From Mytilus edulis (Eukaryota): 64,000 nucleotides of DNA. The notes below the pieces were generated by a model that was not told where the DNA came from, did not search any database, and saw nothing but the letters and a program-made list of their open reading frames with translations. A program made the position numbers and the translations under genes. Below, in pieces: positions 38,011-50,623 of this stretch. Position 1 is the first letter of the stretch. Each line of letters begins with the position of its first letter. The stretch covers positions 23,312,001 through 23,376,000 of the forward strand of contig NC_092355.1 of NCBI RefSeq assembly GCF_963676685.1. The letters run 5' to 3'.

Positions 38011-39118
38011 TAATGAAGAACATCTTTATCTGGTTACCTGATGTTTTTAGTTGCAGAATATAGTGAATGTCCCAAAGTTGATTACTTTAAGTGTTTTAGT
38101 AATTTGTAAGATGATATTGTTTCTTCCGCTAATAACATTTTACCCTGTAGAGTTGATAGTATGAAAGTTTATACACTTGATAATATTGGTAAGATAAGGC
38201 TTGTTTTGCTTTTTCACAAGACAATAGTTTACATATATATGTTATCAATTTAATTTTCTTCAAGAAAACAATTTTAAAATAAGTATTCTTTCAGCTTCTA
38301 TGAATTGATTATTCTTCCTAGCAAGAATATACATTTTAGTGGATTTTGTTGGTACAGGTTAACCACATTTAGAAAATTAATGATGTACACATTTTCTATC
38401 AACTTAGGTATGCATACTTTGGCCAAAACATGAAAATATCCACCAAGTTGTACATTTTTTTTTCAATCCACAAAATAAATACCCAGGAAAATAAAAAAAT
38501 TAACAGCATCCACTTTTACTTCACTTAATTTCTGTTATCATATTATACATTAAAATGTTTAACAATATTTAATGACTCAGAAAAATATTTCGAGATGACC
38601 CCTAGATTTGTTGAGAAAACTTTGAGATGGCCGTTTGACTGGTTTATTAACTGTGAGCCTTGGTCTGTCACTCAATCTTTACATTGCATTAAGTCATTGG
38701 AATTCTAAGTAATATTGTATCTTATCATTGGATTGCATATATTCTTATCTTAATGGGCATATATCTGTGTCTTGTCAGAGTTGGCAGCAGTTGTTTGAAG
38801 TACTTCATATTCTCAGGCACTGGTTATGTATCATGTGCCCAAGAAAATAGAAATGTACAGAATTTTGAAAACTGGTAGTTAGCATAAATTTGATAAGCAT
38901 CAGCTTAGGTACATGTTGTTTATTGATGATATGTAAAGATAAATGGAGATAGATGTTCATTGTTGGGTTGGTGTACAAATGTAGTTAATAAAAGATATAC
39001 CGGTATAGAGAACCCCCCCAGGTAAATAAGCCACAATAAGAAATTGAAACTGAAAAATAACAAAAATGTTGAAGAATTGTTGTCAAAATGCAACCATGGT
39101 TACCATTGCTAACCATAT

Positions 39119-39447
39119 CCACTTTTGTGTCCATGGTTGACTATGGTCAACTATGGTTTTCCACTTTTGTGTCCATGGTTGACCATGGTCAACTATGGTT
39201 TTCCACTTTTGTGCCCATGGTTGACTATGGTCAACTATGGTTTTCCACTTTTGTGTCCATGGTTGACCATGGTCAACTATGGTTTTCCACTTTTGTGCCC
39301 ATGGTTGACCATGGTCAACTATGGTTTTCCACTTTTGTGTCCATGGTTGACCATGGTCAACTATGGTTTTCCACTTTTGTGCCCATGGTTGACCATGGTC
39401 AACTATGGTTTTCCACTTTTGTGTCCATGGTTGACCATGGTTGACCA
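39119..39447. repeat. 42-bp minisatellite, 7 or more copies (CCACTTTTGTG(T/C)CCATGGTTGACCATGGTCAACTATGGTTTT)
   Basis: Units start at 39119, 39161, 39203, 39245, 39287, 39329, 39371 and 39413. Confidence 0.97.
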
Positions 39448-39809
39448 ATTTATTATTTTTATCAGAGTAATTGTAGTGCCAATGTGACAAAATACGATCA
39501 ACAACAAAAAAATGTAAAAGATCTCTTAAATATGTTACAAGACATCAACATGTAGTCTTTAACAAAATGGCAGGTGTTGGTACAATATGTCAAAAGTTTT
39601 ATGTCAAAAGTAAATGTCAGTTCTATTGGCTAAATCTTTTGACATTATAATTTCAAGTATTGATAAATTAGAAGAGTTAATAGATATAAGAATTTTATTC
39701 AGAGGGAAGGATATCTCGATAAGATAACTCATCAATATGTAAGAAAAAATTATTCATATTTTGTCAATATTGTGGCACTCATACCATATCTTCCTATATC
39801 AATGATATA

Positions 39810-39974
39810 ACGGGTGCATCCAGCTAAATGTAAAAAAAAGGGGGGGGGGGGGTGTCCCAACCCAGGATTAAAGGGGGGAGTGTTCCAACCATATGTCCCC
39901 ATTCAAATGCATTGATCGTCCAAAAAAAAAGGGGGAATCCAACCCCCTGACCTCTCCCCCTGAATCCGCCACTG
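39810..39974 (+). mobile_element. GGATCC-TIR MITE (same family as 3293)
   Basis: ATGTCCCCATTCAAATGCATTGATCGTCCAAAA; right end GAATCCGCCACTG. Confidence 0.85.
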
Positions 39975-40927
39975 TATAGGTTAATCTTGTTCATGACATA
40001 GACGAAAAGCTTTGACGAACAGCTACTGTAAATCCATGCTTGATTTGGGGACCTGGAGTTGGTTTCACAAATAAACTAGTGATTAAGATTGATCGTAAGT
40101 CATGAACAATTCAGTGTATTTTTTTTAAGATAAATCTAAGTCATAAGTTTTTTTTGTGCAACTCAGACTCATGTCATTTTATACCTGTACAATAACTAAC
40201 CTTCTACAATTGACATCAGTGTTTTATAGAATAGCAGTATATTGTGTTCAATAAAGTATTTTCCCGTTAAGCAGATGGAGTATATATATATCTAATTGAC
40301 TCTGAAGTGTGAAAACCTATTACCATTGTAAAGTATTTACAAAAATATCTCTGATAGTTTTTCTTATAGAATCACTTGGAAATTGATATAATTGAATTTA
40401 TTAGGGACATTCCATCATGGATTAGTAATCATGGTCCAAATGATAGTGGACAATTGTATTTAAATAAGTTCTCACGACAGCGTTTTTATTGCATTTCCAT
40501 CGTGACAAATAAAAATAAACGAGTGGTCACTCGGCTTAAGCTTTTGTTACGATTATTGAATTTGGCGTTATATGCTTTCCGCTTCATGACAGATTAAATC
40601 AAAATTGTCCTCAGTAGCTTGAAAATAATTGAATGCTCCCAGATTCTAAGCACCCTAATTATATGCATAGTGTTCTGTCACCCTGACACCGTAATTCAAG
40701 CAGGTCAATTTATATCGGATATTTAAAGCTACGTTGACCCCCTAGTTGTTTAAAAATGACGTGAAAATTTGTCACCACGGAAAATATGTCTTAATGGAGA
40801 AATAGGCAGGTGGTTTCAGTAGGAAAAATGTGTTAGAAAGATCACAATTTATTGACAATTTTCTTCACTTGTTGATAATGATTGGGAAGAAAACTTGTTG
40901 GAAATTGATTTCAGTTTTAAGTTTCGT

Positions 40928-41405
40928 TGACTTTGTGATTAGAAGGGAGATTGAACTAGCTCAATTATCTATTGCCTTCTAAATTCTCAGTGCTACACCT
41001 AGCTGTGCTTCAGTGCAGGATAGGTAGTTCGAAAGTTTAATGTCATGTGTTTTTCCTAATAACAAGAAAAAAAGGGGGGTAATTAAGTGTCTTGACTGTG
41101 ATTAGAAGGGAGATTGAACTAGCTCAATTATCTATTTCCTTCTAAATTATCAGTGCTAAACTTAGAAGGATTGGTAGATTGAACATTGACTGTTATATGT
41201 TTTTCAAAATGATGGAAAAAAAGGGAGGGAGGAGGGTTTCTCATCCCTCTCTTGACATTGTGATCAGATGGGAGATTGAATTAGCTCAATTATCTATTGC
41301 CATCTCAAATTCTTAGTTTCTCAGTGCTCACACTCAGCTGTGCATCAGCGCAGGATTGGTTGATTGAACATTGAATGTCATGTGTTTTTCCTGATGACAA
41401 GAAAA
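40928..41405. repeat. ~160-bp tandem repeat, 3 copies
   Basis: TGTGAT.AGA.GGGAGATTGAA.TAGCTCAATTATCTATT occurs near 40934, 41097 and 41259. Confidence 0.9.
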
Positions 41406-43881
41406 AGGGGGATAGAAAGGGAGAAAAAAGGGGGGGGGTGTCTTATCCCTAAATTAATAAGAAGGTGAATGCCAAATTCAGAATTCCCATTAAAATAATT
41501 TGTCTCACTGGCATTCTTGCAGCATGATAATGATTAAATCCCAAAGTCCTCAATTCCATCATCTGGGAAAAGGTCCCTCATCTTCTCTTTCAATGAAATC
41601 TAGGTAATTTAAAACATTATAGTCTTTTCATCTGCATAATTGTTATTTGCTGACTATTTCCACTTTTTGTATCTATGCTGCTTGCTAAGTATCCTTTTGA
41701 CTATGAAGCTATTCAGTATCTCTTTAGGATTGTATAATGGTCTCTCAGGTTCATATTACATTAGTGACTTACTATATAAGTCATTAGTATTTACTATGAA
41801 TCATTGATGTATGCTACTATAATGCAAAAAAAAACCACCATCCACATGGATCAGCTTTTCAATTTTAATTTTCAAATAACTCATCTGTTCAATTGTTAAT
41901 TATTTATAAACAACAATTCCACTACCTGAATAATTCATCTTCAAAAAACGAAATCGTTAGACCGTGTTAATGTTTTATTGCAATAAGTTGATTTTTTTCT
42001 AATAGAGACTGCATTTAATGAATATTGAAAAACAAATTATGAAGTCTGAAATGTTAATTGCTTGTTTTTTGTGATTAATACATTAAGAATTGAGAATAGG
42101 TTAGATAAATTGTGACTTTGATCTTAGATGCATGGACAATAATTAACCATCACATTTACAAAATGGCTAAATTTTTCTGTAAATTATTTACTTCCAATAG
42201 AACTTATTATGCAAATTATATGAGTTAACTGATTTTTATCAGAATTAAAACAAATTGATAATTAAAGACGGCTGTTAGTAAATTGTATCGCAATTAAACA
42301 CAAAAGTGACAGATTTAAACAAAGATAGAAGATATGTTTGAATTTCAAGATGCTTGCATGAATGGGAAGATCTTATTCACAAGTCCTTGAAAAAAATCAC
42401 ACTTTCTGTCATCAGGGAATCTGAACACATTGCCTTTACTATTCGTAAAGTCCCTTAAATTGTTTCAATCAAGGTTTTCCCTCAAAAACAAAGACTTTAT
42501 TTAAGTAAAAGAAAACTTTGAACAAGAAATCTAATGTATTTTAAGTCATATGGTATTAGAATTCAAGGTAATGAATTGAAAGAAAATTTGCACAGAATGA
42601 GTACTGATCTCTTTCCATATGTTTTCTATGTATGTATGTATGAGCAATTGTGAATGGATGTCACCTTACATATTTAATCCAAAAATGAAAAGATTTTCAA
42701 TGTACGAATATCTGCCATCTTGCCCTTTTGTCCTTGGAAACTCTCATATTGTGTGATATGCAGATTCCATTGGAATTTTATACAAATAAACAGACTCTAG
42801 ATATCAATGTCAATTGTTTAAAACAATGGACAGTCCTGAGACCAAAGAAATTGGCTTCAAATCCTAACATCTTTTCAACCACTGTGATTTCTTGTTCAGA
42901 TTTTACAATTCTATGGGTTAGCTGTCAACTATATCTTTCTGTACTTCTGTAAATTGAAAATATTTGTAAAATTCATAAAAGAATAATATAATGGTAAATA
43001 AAAACAACAAATGAGCAATACACAAGCAGTAGTAATAAAATCAATGCCTCTGGTTGTTTGTATATTAAATAGAGGAGATTAATTCCTATGTGATTTATAT
43101 AATATTACTTTGGTATAAGCTGGTTTTAAGGCCATGCTTGATCAATTATTTGTTGTGCTTTAAAAAAAAAATACTGCAAAAATGTAAACAGCCATACTTG
43201 ATTCATTATACTGTATACAAGTTTTTAATGCTATACTGAAGAATGTGATTTATACAATTTTGATCTGCTAGCTGGCTTTACGCCATGCTTGATAATTTAC
43301 TTGTTGTTCTTAAAAAAGTTATGAGTGTTTATAATCACTGTAAAAAAAATGGTGTCTCATGTGCATGTAAACAGCCATTTCAATGCTATACTGTATAAAT
43401 GTGATCTATGTAATACCACTCTATAAACAAAAATAGGAAGATGTATTGATTTTTAGACTTTTTGTCCTTGTACTTAAACATAATGCTAAAAAATGATTAC
43501 TGATTTCAAAAGTAATTTAATTTTTGAGTGAGAGAAATTTTTTTTTTTTGACAGCCAATCTAAATGCTTTGAATTTTACTTTCATTGAAATTGTATTTTC
43601 TACAGTTTTCAATATAAATACTTTTAAATGTTTTATTCTATGATCTGGATCTGATGACATGATTTCGATCAGTTCGTAAAAGCCTCCCCCTTTTTTTTTT
43701 ATATCTTCGACTTAATTACTTTTCAACATTTTACATGAATAACCATTTCTACTGTGAACAAAGAGTTATGATCTTTTTATTCATGGTACTTAATCCTGAC
43801 ACTGGCAATCATACCACATCTTCTTTTTTATATATACAGACAGGCTTGACAAACTGGCGAGGTAAAAATCTTCACACACTC

Positions 43882-44159
43882 GGCAAGCCTAGGTGGCCGA
43901 GTGGTCTAAGTAGTTACTACTGTAATCACTAGTCAGCAGCCAACACTGAGGTTGTTAGTTCGAACCACACTCTTGTGGGTGCACTTGACTCCAATCTTAA
44001 TTGACTAGGATTGTTAGTTTACCTATCGAATTTCAGCGGTTTTCTCCAGGCACTCTGGCTTCCTCCACCAATCAAAACTGGACGCCAGGAAATAGCATAA
44101 AAGTGGAGCTAAACAATGGTGCTTAAAAAGAGGCATTAAAACACCATAAATCAATCAAT
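43882..44159 (+). mobile_element. Full-length tRNA-derived SINE with a V-domain-like core
   Basis: A box TGGCCGAGTGG (43894-43904), B box GTTCGAACC (43958-43966), core GGTTTTCTCCAGGCACTCTGGCTTCCTCCACC, and an (AATC)n tail. Confidence 0.88.
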
Positions 44160-44489
44160 ATTATAAATTCAAGATTGCCCTTTTAGATTTATAAATATTA
44201 AAAATACTTGATGATCTACATCTGTACACAGAAGAGTCCCACTCAATCCAGATGGGAAATGTAACCAACAGATGCAATAGTCTTTAATTTTATTCCTATT
44301 GTTTTAAGAATGTTGTCATAGAATTAATGTAACTTTATCTTGACAACAGATTGGTCACCAGATTTCACTGTTTATAAATTATGTAGAATATATTTATAAA
44401 GATTTTCCCCTCATAAATCTTTTAAGAAACATCTTTTTTTTCAGTCTTAAAACAATTGAACTCAAAAAGTTGACTGGGGAATATTATAA

Positions 44490-45260
44490 TATCCCCTTCC
44501 CCCTTTTCACAATTTATTGATATAGATTGTTAATGAAACTTTGCGATATTATTAAGGTATCATGAGGTTTACAAATTAATTAACCAGTCATTAGAAGGAT
44601 CCCATTATATAAAAAATATCATCTTACAATGAGGTTTAGGTATCAATAAAAAGCCCCCCCCCTTTTTTTTCCTCTCACAATTCATTGATATGTCATTAAA
44701 GAATAAACTCTGTGATATAAAGATACAATGAGTTTTACAAATCAATTTAACCACCCCCTCGGAATTTATTTATATAAATGTGACGATTTAACTCTGTAAA
44801 ACATAGATATTATTAGTTAACAAATCAAACAAAATTAGCACCCCTATTTTAACCAATTATTCATGAAAAATGTTATCAATAAACCTAGAGTTATATATAG
44901 ATACAATGAGGTTTACAAATCAGTCAAAAGCACCCCCCTTTTCACTATTCATATAAAATGTTAAAAATAAACCTAGTGATATATGAATACAACAAGGTTA
45001 ACAAATCAGTCATTAGCGCCCCCCTTTTCACTAATTATTCATATAAAATGTTAAGAATAAACTGTGATATAAAGATACAATGAGATTTATAAATCTATCA
45101 TTACCATCCCCCTTTTCATTATTCTTATTAAATGTGAAGATAAACCTTAGTAAGTGATATACGTAAGATACAATAGTTCATAAAATCAATCATTCAGCAC
45201 CCCCCTTTTCACTATTCATATCAAATGTTGTGATATATAGTTACAACGAGGTTTACTAAT
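44490..45260. repeat. Degenerate ~80-90-bp tandem array, about 9 copies
   Basis: CCCCCTTTTCAC...GATACAATGAGGTTTACAAATCA recurs. Confidence 0.8.
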
Positions 45261-45899
45261 CAATGAAGCAGTCATTAAAAGCAATTTTTGTCCTCAGTTT
45301 ACAAATATATATAATCAACAAAGATCTATTGAATAGGCTGCATGATATAAAAACCAAATGATATACTGCTGCTTTGAGGAGCGACAAAATCACCATTGCA
45401 AGATTTTCTTAATTATAGAAAATTTCATCATTAGTGAGAGAAAATCAATACGGGATTACATTTTTCTGAAGTATTGGCTTCAGAAGTCTATAAGATTCAA
45501 CCAGTGGCTCTCATAACTTGTCTTTTAGCCGAGGTCTTAACGACATTGTCAGGATAATCGTAAATACTAAGTAACTCTTTATCACAGAGACATGGATCGT
45601 CTCCCTCAATCGGTCAGCTATGAAGTGGATTGATTGGAGAACGCATTGAGTTATGCTTTTAATACAACCTTGAATGTTTACGTTTTTCTCCATTGATTTT
45701 TTGCTTGAAAATACAAAAATAATGAAGCTGTCATAGAAAATGGCAATGAAACGGCAGTGATTGTCATGATACTGAAATCACTGCTACAGAAATCTTTACG
45801 GTAAGTCTATAAATATATATATAAATATTTCTACGATTTCCTTATTTAAGGGTTGTCCTGCGACATCTTTGCTTAATGTATATTATATTAAGACTTCTT

Positions 45900-46302
45900 G
45901 ACTGGAGACTTCTTCGATAAAACTTGGGTGGGTTGTATATTGTTGCATGTATTGTAGATTATTGTACCGGGGTAATCACTAATTATACAGCTCTTGAATG
46001 AGGACTTCTTTACAGAAAATGGTAGGGTTGTAATATTCAATGTTGTATTCTTTAAGGTATTGTTATTGTATTCACTTTATATACTCCTAACCTTTGAATG
46101 AGGACTTTCCATAAAATGGTAGGGTTGTATTATTCAATGTTGTTTTCTTTAAGGGATTATAATTGTATTCACTTTATATTCTCTTAACCTTTGAATGAGG
46201 ACTTTCCGTAAAATGGTAGGGTTGTATTATTCAATGTTGTCTTCTATAAAGGATTATAATTGTAAACACTTTATATAATAAGCCTTAGAGTGAAGACTTC
46301 TT
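45900..46302. repeat. ~98-bp tandem repeat, about 4 copies
   Basis: TTGAATGAGGACTT...AAAATGGTAGGGTTGTA.TATTCAATGTTGT is repeated. Confidence 0.88.
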
Positions 46303-47057
46303 TGAAGACATGAAAGGGGGGGAGTTGCATCTTTGTATATGGGGGCATATTACAATGCCCATGATTACTTTTATTCCTGTTGTTCTCTACTCCATTTAAT
46401 TAAACACGTAATTAGTGAGGAGAGTCATGTAATACTGGATAAAGATTACAATGCAATCATTATCTCATGTATTTCTGTAGTAGTATGATTGGGTGCACTT
46501 GAATGGTTGGTAAAATATAAATGTTGTAAAACACAGAAGAATTTGAAGCTTTAAAAATTTACTTTTAACAGTATTACTAATGATAGTTAAAGATTGTGTT
46601 ATGCCTGGCATGTATTTAAGTATATTATATTTTGAAAGTGATAATTTCTTATCTATTCAGACGAGTTGTTATGAATGTGGTATAATAATTTCTGATCTAT
46701 TCAGATGAGTTGTTATGAATGTGGTATTATATAATACAGATTACCGAATCAACATCAAACAAATATAGACAGTTACAATCATTTGTTCGCTGATTGATGA
46801 ATATAAATAATATTTTTAAAAAGAGTGGGAAAATTATTTATGAAAAATATAATTGATTGATAACATTTAGTAATAAATATTAGTGAAACATGATCCTTTG
46901 AAAGTATTTGGTTATTTGTCTTGTTGGTTTGCTGTATATATAGCGTCTTCATTTTATGTATAGAAGAGTCCAGTTTGAAGCAACATCGGCACGCGTCTTC
47001 AACAAGCATTGAATAAATGTACTGTGTATTTATTATTATTTGTTGGATACTGTTGTT

Positions 47058-47161
47058 TACTTTAACAGTCACAATTCAAACAGCACGTTGACTTTAACAG
47101 TGCTTATTTGATTTCCAGGGGGTTCGTCCGAACCCCTCGAACCCCCATGGCTACGGGTATG
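47058..47161 (+). mobile_element. 3' half of the MITE seen at 58185-58339
   Basis: ACTTTAACAGTCACAATT...GTTGACTTTAACAGTGCT...GGCTACGGGTATG. Confidence 0.8.
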
Positions 47162-48715
47162 GAATCCATAGTATTATACTAAAACAAAGGTGATTTTGGC
47201 TTTTATAATAATCGTAAAGCTCCATATATATTGAAGTATTATTATGTATCCTGGCTAAGGTTTTAAAATTTGGGGTAAATCTAGAAAAGTTGTGTTGTAT
47301 TTCAAAATTGAAAAGTTCGAAGTGAAATGAAAAGTGTTGTGTTAATCTTTGATTAATAACATTCTGTGATATCAATACTATATAAAACCTCAGGGTCTAA
47401 TAAAAAATCAAATTATTGAAAAGTTAGCACTTTAAAATTCTATCATTAAAATTTAATGTGAGAAATAAAACAAAAAAGGTGAAATTTCCCCGATATGGTA
47501 ATGTGTTTGCCCTGAGTTAACTAAATGTGAATCAATGATGCATGTATCATTAATTGTATGGTATGGACCAAAACACCTTCCTCGGGAACGTAATGTGTTA
47601 TAGCAATTCTTAGTTACCATCAGATAAACTCCGCTGTTTACACACAGGAGGAAAGACTGAGTATTGATTCATTCCTGTCACAAAAGAATTGTAATTGATT
47701 TGCAACACACGAAGTAAAATGTACATTTCGTAATTGAGTTTTTGTCATCGGAGCTATATACAGTTGGAGAAAGAATAACAAAATGATGAACTACGGATCT
47801 GGTGTCGTCAGTAACGTTTTGTTTTTCATTACGTGACTTCAAGTTAGACCATTAAGACTGACAATCGCTGTGTTATTTCCTGAAAACTTTATGTAAAGTT
47901 ACCGTAACTCCATAAGGGATGGTAATGAATTGATAGAAATGTATTTGGTATCTAGTAACAGGCAGTCTGATTGGCTGGACTGAGGTTAGAATACAGGTCT
48001 GAAACAATTGTTACATGGAATTATTGTTTTAACAATACAGCTGCTCCGATGATTTGATAGAGGGCTAAAATCCATGAGAAATAAATGAATCCACATACAT
48101 GCCAAGTTATCAAAATGACCATGGGGGTTTTATGTGCAATATTATTCCCATAGTCCTACATAACCTATTAAAGGGGCCTTCAAATTTATTTTAATGTTGT
48201 TTATTTGCTTCTTCATACTTTAACATTTCTATATCCATGGTAAAATTGATTGTTTTGTTTAAAATTGTGGACAACATTTGCTCTTTCAAAATTTCCATTA
48301 GGGGGCTAACATGGTGGAAATACCCCTCAACTAGTGACAGTTGGCAGGTATGAATCCACAGTAGGTCATTTTGATTACAAAAAGGTAGTGTATTTGCATT
48401 AAAAATATACCTGCAAATTTTTGACATGCTATTTTTAATCTAAGAATGGAATGTGCAAATAACATAACATTTTATGCCTGAAGTGCAGTAATTTAGTGCT
48501 TCTAGTTTTAATATGTAACAGAACGTCTTTGCACACACGTGTTTACTTACAAGCCTCAAAATCCGTCTTTCTTTTTATTTCCTTAAACTTATATTGCTTT
48601 TGAAGCTCAGATGTTCATGAAAATTTTACTGGCATATAACATGAAAACTTTACTGGCATATAATTTTTTTTTTTACTGGTACTCGGGCTTCAACTGTTGT
48701 TTCAATGCATCCAAT

Positions 48716-48860
48716 TAGGATGGCAGGTCTAGCCATTTATAAAAGGCAGAGTTCCCAACCCAGGATAAAAGTAACTATATGTCCACATTCTAATGCATTG
48801 ATTTTCTAAAAAAAAAAAGGGAGGTTCCAACCTGGAACCCTCCCCCTGGATCCGCCACTG
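48716..48860 (+). mobile_element. GGATCC-TIR MITE with a degenerate left end
   Basis: Ends CCCCTGGATCCGCCACTG; the interior is homologous to 3293. Confidence 0.8.
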
Positions 48861-49097
48861 CTTTGAAAGTTTCTTACTACATCATGTGACATGTTTTAGC
48901 CAATAGAATTGCACAGATTATATAAGATGAATTACCTACTATAAATATGACAGTGTGGCATTAGAATGTTTAACTGCATTTATTTCTCACAGGGTTATGC
49001 ACTGTGGGTGAATTGCGAAAATTAAAAGGTTACGATTCTTATCAAAATGTTACCAGATATCATTAGTAACCAGAAAGATTTTAAGACATACCAAAAC

Positions 49098-49317
49098 GGC
49101 ATGTACTAAAAGGTGGAGTGGAGTGGAGTGGTGTGCATCTGGATACTGTTGAAACATTTATTCTATGGTTTTTATAGCTAAACATGTATACAAAAATGTC
49201 TTATAATTTGGTTCAATTTCCTAATTCCATGTTTTCACTCCTTGACTCCACTCATAAACTCCAACACTCCACTCCACTCCACTCCACTCCACTCCACTCC
49301 ACCCTTTAGTAAATGTC
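49098..49317. mobile_element. MITE with (GGAGT)n/(ACTCC)n built into its TIRs and a 9-bp TSD (MULE- or Merlin-like)
   Basis: GGCATGTACTAAAAGGTGGAGTGGAGTGGAGTGG / CCACTCCACTCCACTCCACCCTTTAGTAAATGTC, flanked by TACCAAAAC / TACAAAAAC. Confidence 0.8.
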
Positions 49318-49586
49318 TACAAAAACCTGGGAGAAACTTGTGGTTTGTTCAATATACCAATAATAGAATTATAATCAGGAACATATATATTGTTAGATAT
49401 ACTGTTCCCAGTTATAATTAAATATGCATGTAAAAGTATGGTCAAGTAGGCATGCAGTTTCTTTTGTTAAAAAAATAAGTAGAAAAGAATTGCTCATAAT
49501 CTCTGTGGTAATAAGTATTTGACTTTAATTGGTTTTGACAGTTGCATTCCAAAACGTCTTCAAAGAGACAATGTGGTTTTGATAAA

Positions 49587-49855
49587 AGCTGATTAATCAG
49601 GGAAATGTTTTGATCAGAGCTGATTAATCAGGGTAATCTCAATAATGTTATGATAAGGAGCTGATTAATCAGGGAAATCTCAGTAACGTTTTAATTGGGA
49701 GCTGATTAATCAGAGAAATCTCAATAACGTTCTGATTTGGAGCTGATTAATCAGGGAAATCTCAATAATGTTCTGATTAGGAGCTGGGGAATAATCAGGG
49801 AAATCCAAATGATGTTCTGATTAGGAGCTGATTAATCAGAAAAATCTCAATAATG
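49587..49855. repeat. ~41-bp minisatellite, 7 copies, with palindromic core CTGATTAATCAG
   Basis: AGCTGATTAATCAGGGAAATCTCAATAA.GTT.TGAT recurs. Confidence 0.92.
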
Positions 49856-50221
49856 TAATACAACCAATATTAATTCCAAAGAAATAATGGTTATTATCTA
49901 GTATTTCATTGATGTATGCCTAAGCAAGAAAAGTATAATCGAAAATAAAGTGAAATGGTATTTTTTGCAAGGCCGATCTGCGTTTAATAGTTATGTATCC
50001 CCTGGCAGACGTTGATAAGGTTCTGGTTGATGTATATCGTGAGTAGTAACATTGGGAATGTTTAGACTTCGGCAGGTTGTTCTTGCTGATAAATAGTTAG
50101 ATTTAATTGAATCATTATTAAATAAATTTTCTGACATATAGCAGACCTATTATTACTGGTAGTGTTTGTTTGTAGATTACTCTCAGCTGAATATGAGGAT
50201 TTGATGTGGAATGAAATACTA

Positions 50222-50623
50222 CAGTGGATTTATTTATTTCCGTTGGCTACCAATTTTCATGAATTTAGGCAAATTTGTATTTTTGTTAATTTTTCGTTTT
50301 TACAAGCTGAAAATATTTTGAAATCCCAGTGCACAAAATCAGGGACTTTCTATACTATACAAGTATAGACTGTCCCTGACAAAACCCACCATCTTTTCTG
50401 GAAATTGCAAAATTTCTCAATACTTGAATATAAAATTATTGTTTCTTGTCAAAATATCTTCGTAACACATCTCTCCATCAAATAAGGGGTAATTAATCTG
50501 TATTTGACAAAGTCTGCATGCATACATGCATTTAGATTCGTTTAAAATTTAAATTCATGGTTAACCATATACCCACAAAATCCACGAAAAATTGGTATCC
50601 AATGAACAATAAGGAATACACAG
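50222..50623 (-). mobile_element. CTGTGGATTCATT-family MITE split by ~200 bp of other sequence
   Basis: Left part TA|CAGTGGATTTATTTATTTCCG; right part ATCCACGAAAAATTGGTATCCAA...TACACAG|TA. Confidence 0.65.

Noticed and set aside
39083-39490. 118-135-aa repetitive ORFs on both strands
   Set aside because: They are artefacts of the 42-bp minisatellite.
43882-43970. Possible tRNA gene (A and B boxes)
   Set aside because: There is no complete cloverleaf, and the sequence continues into a SINE core and tail with other copies in the window. It is a SINE head.
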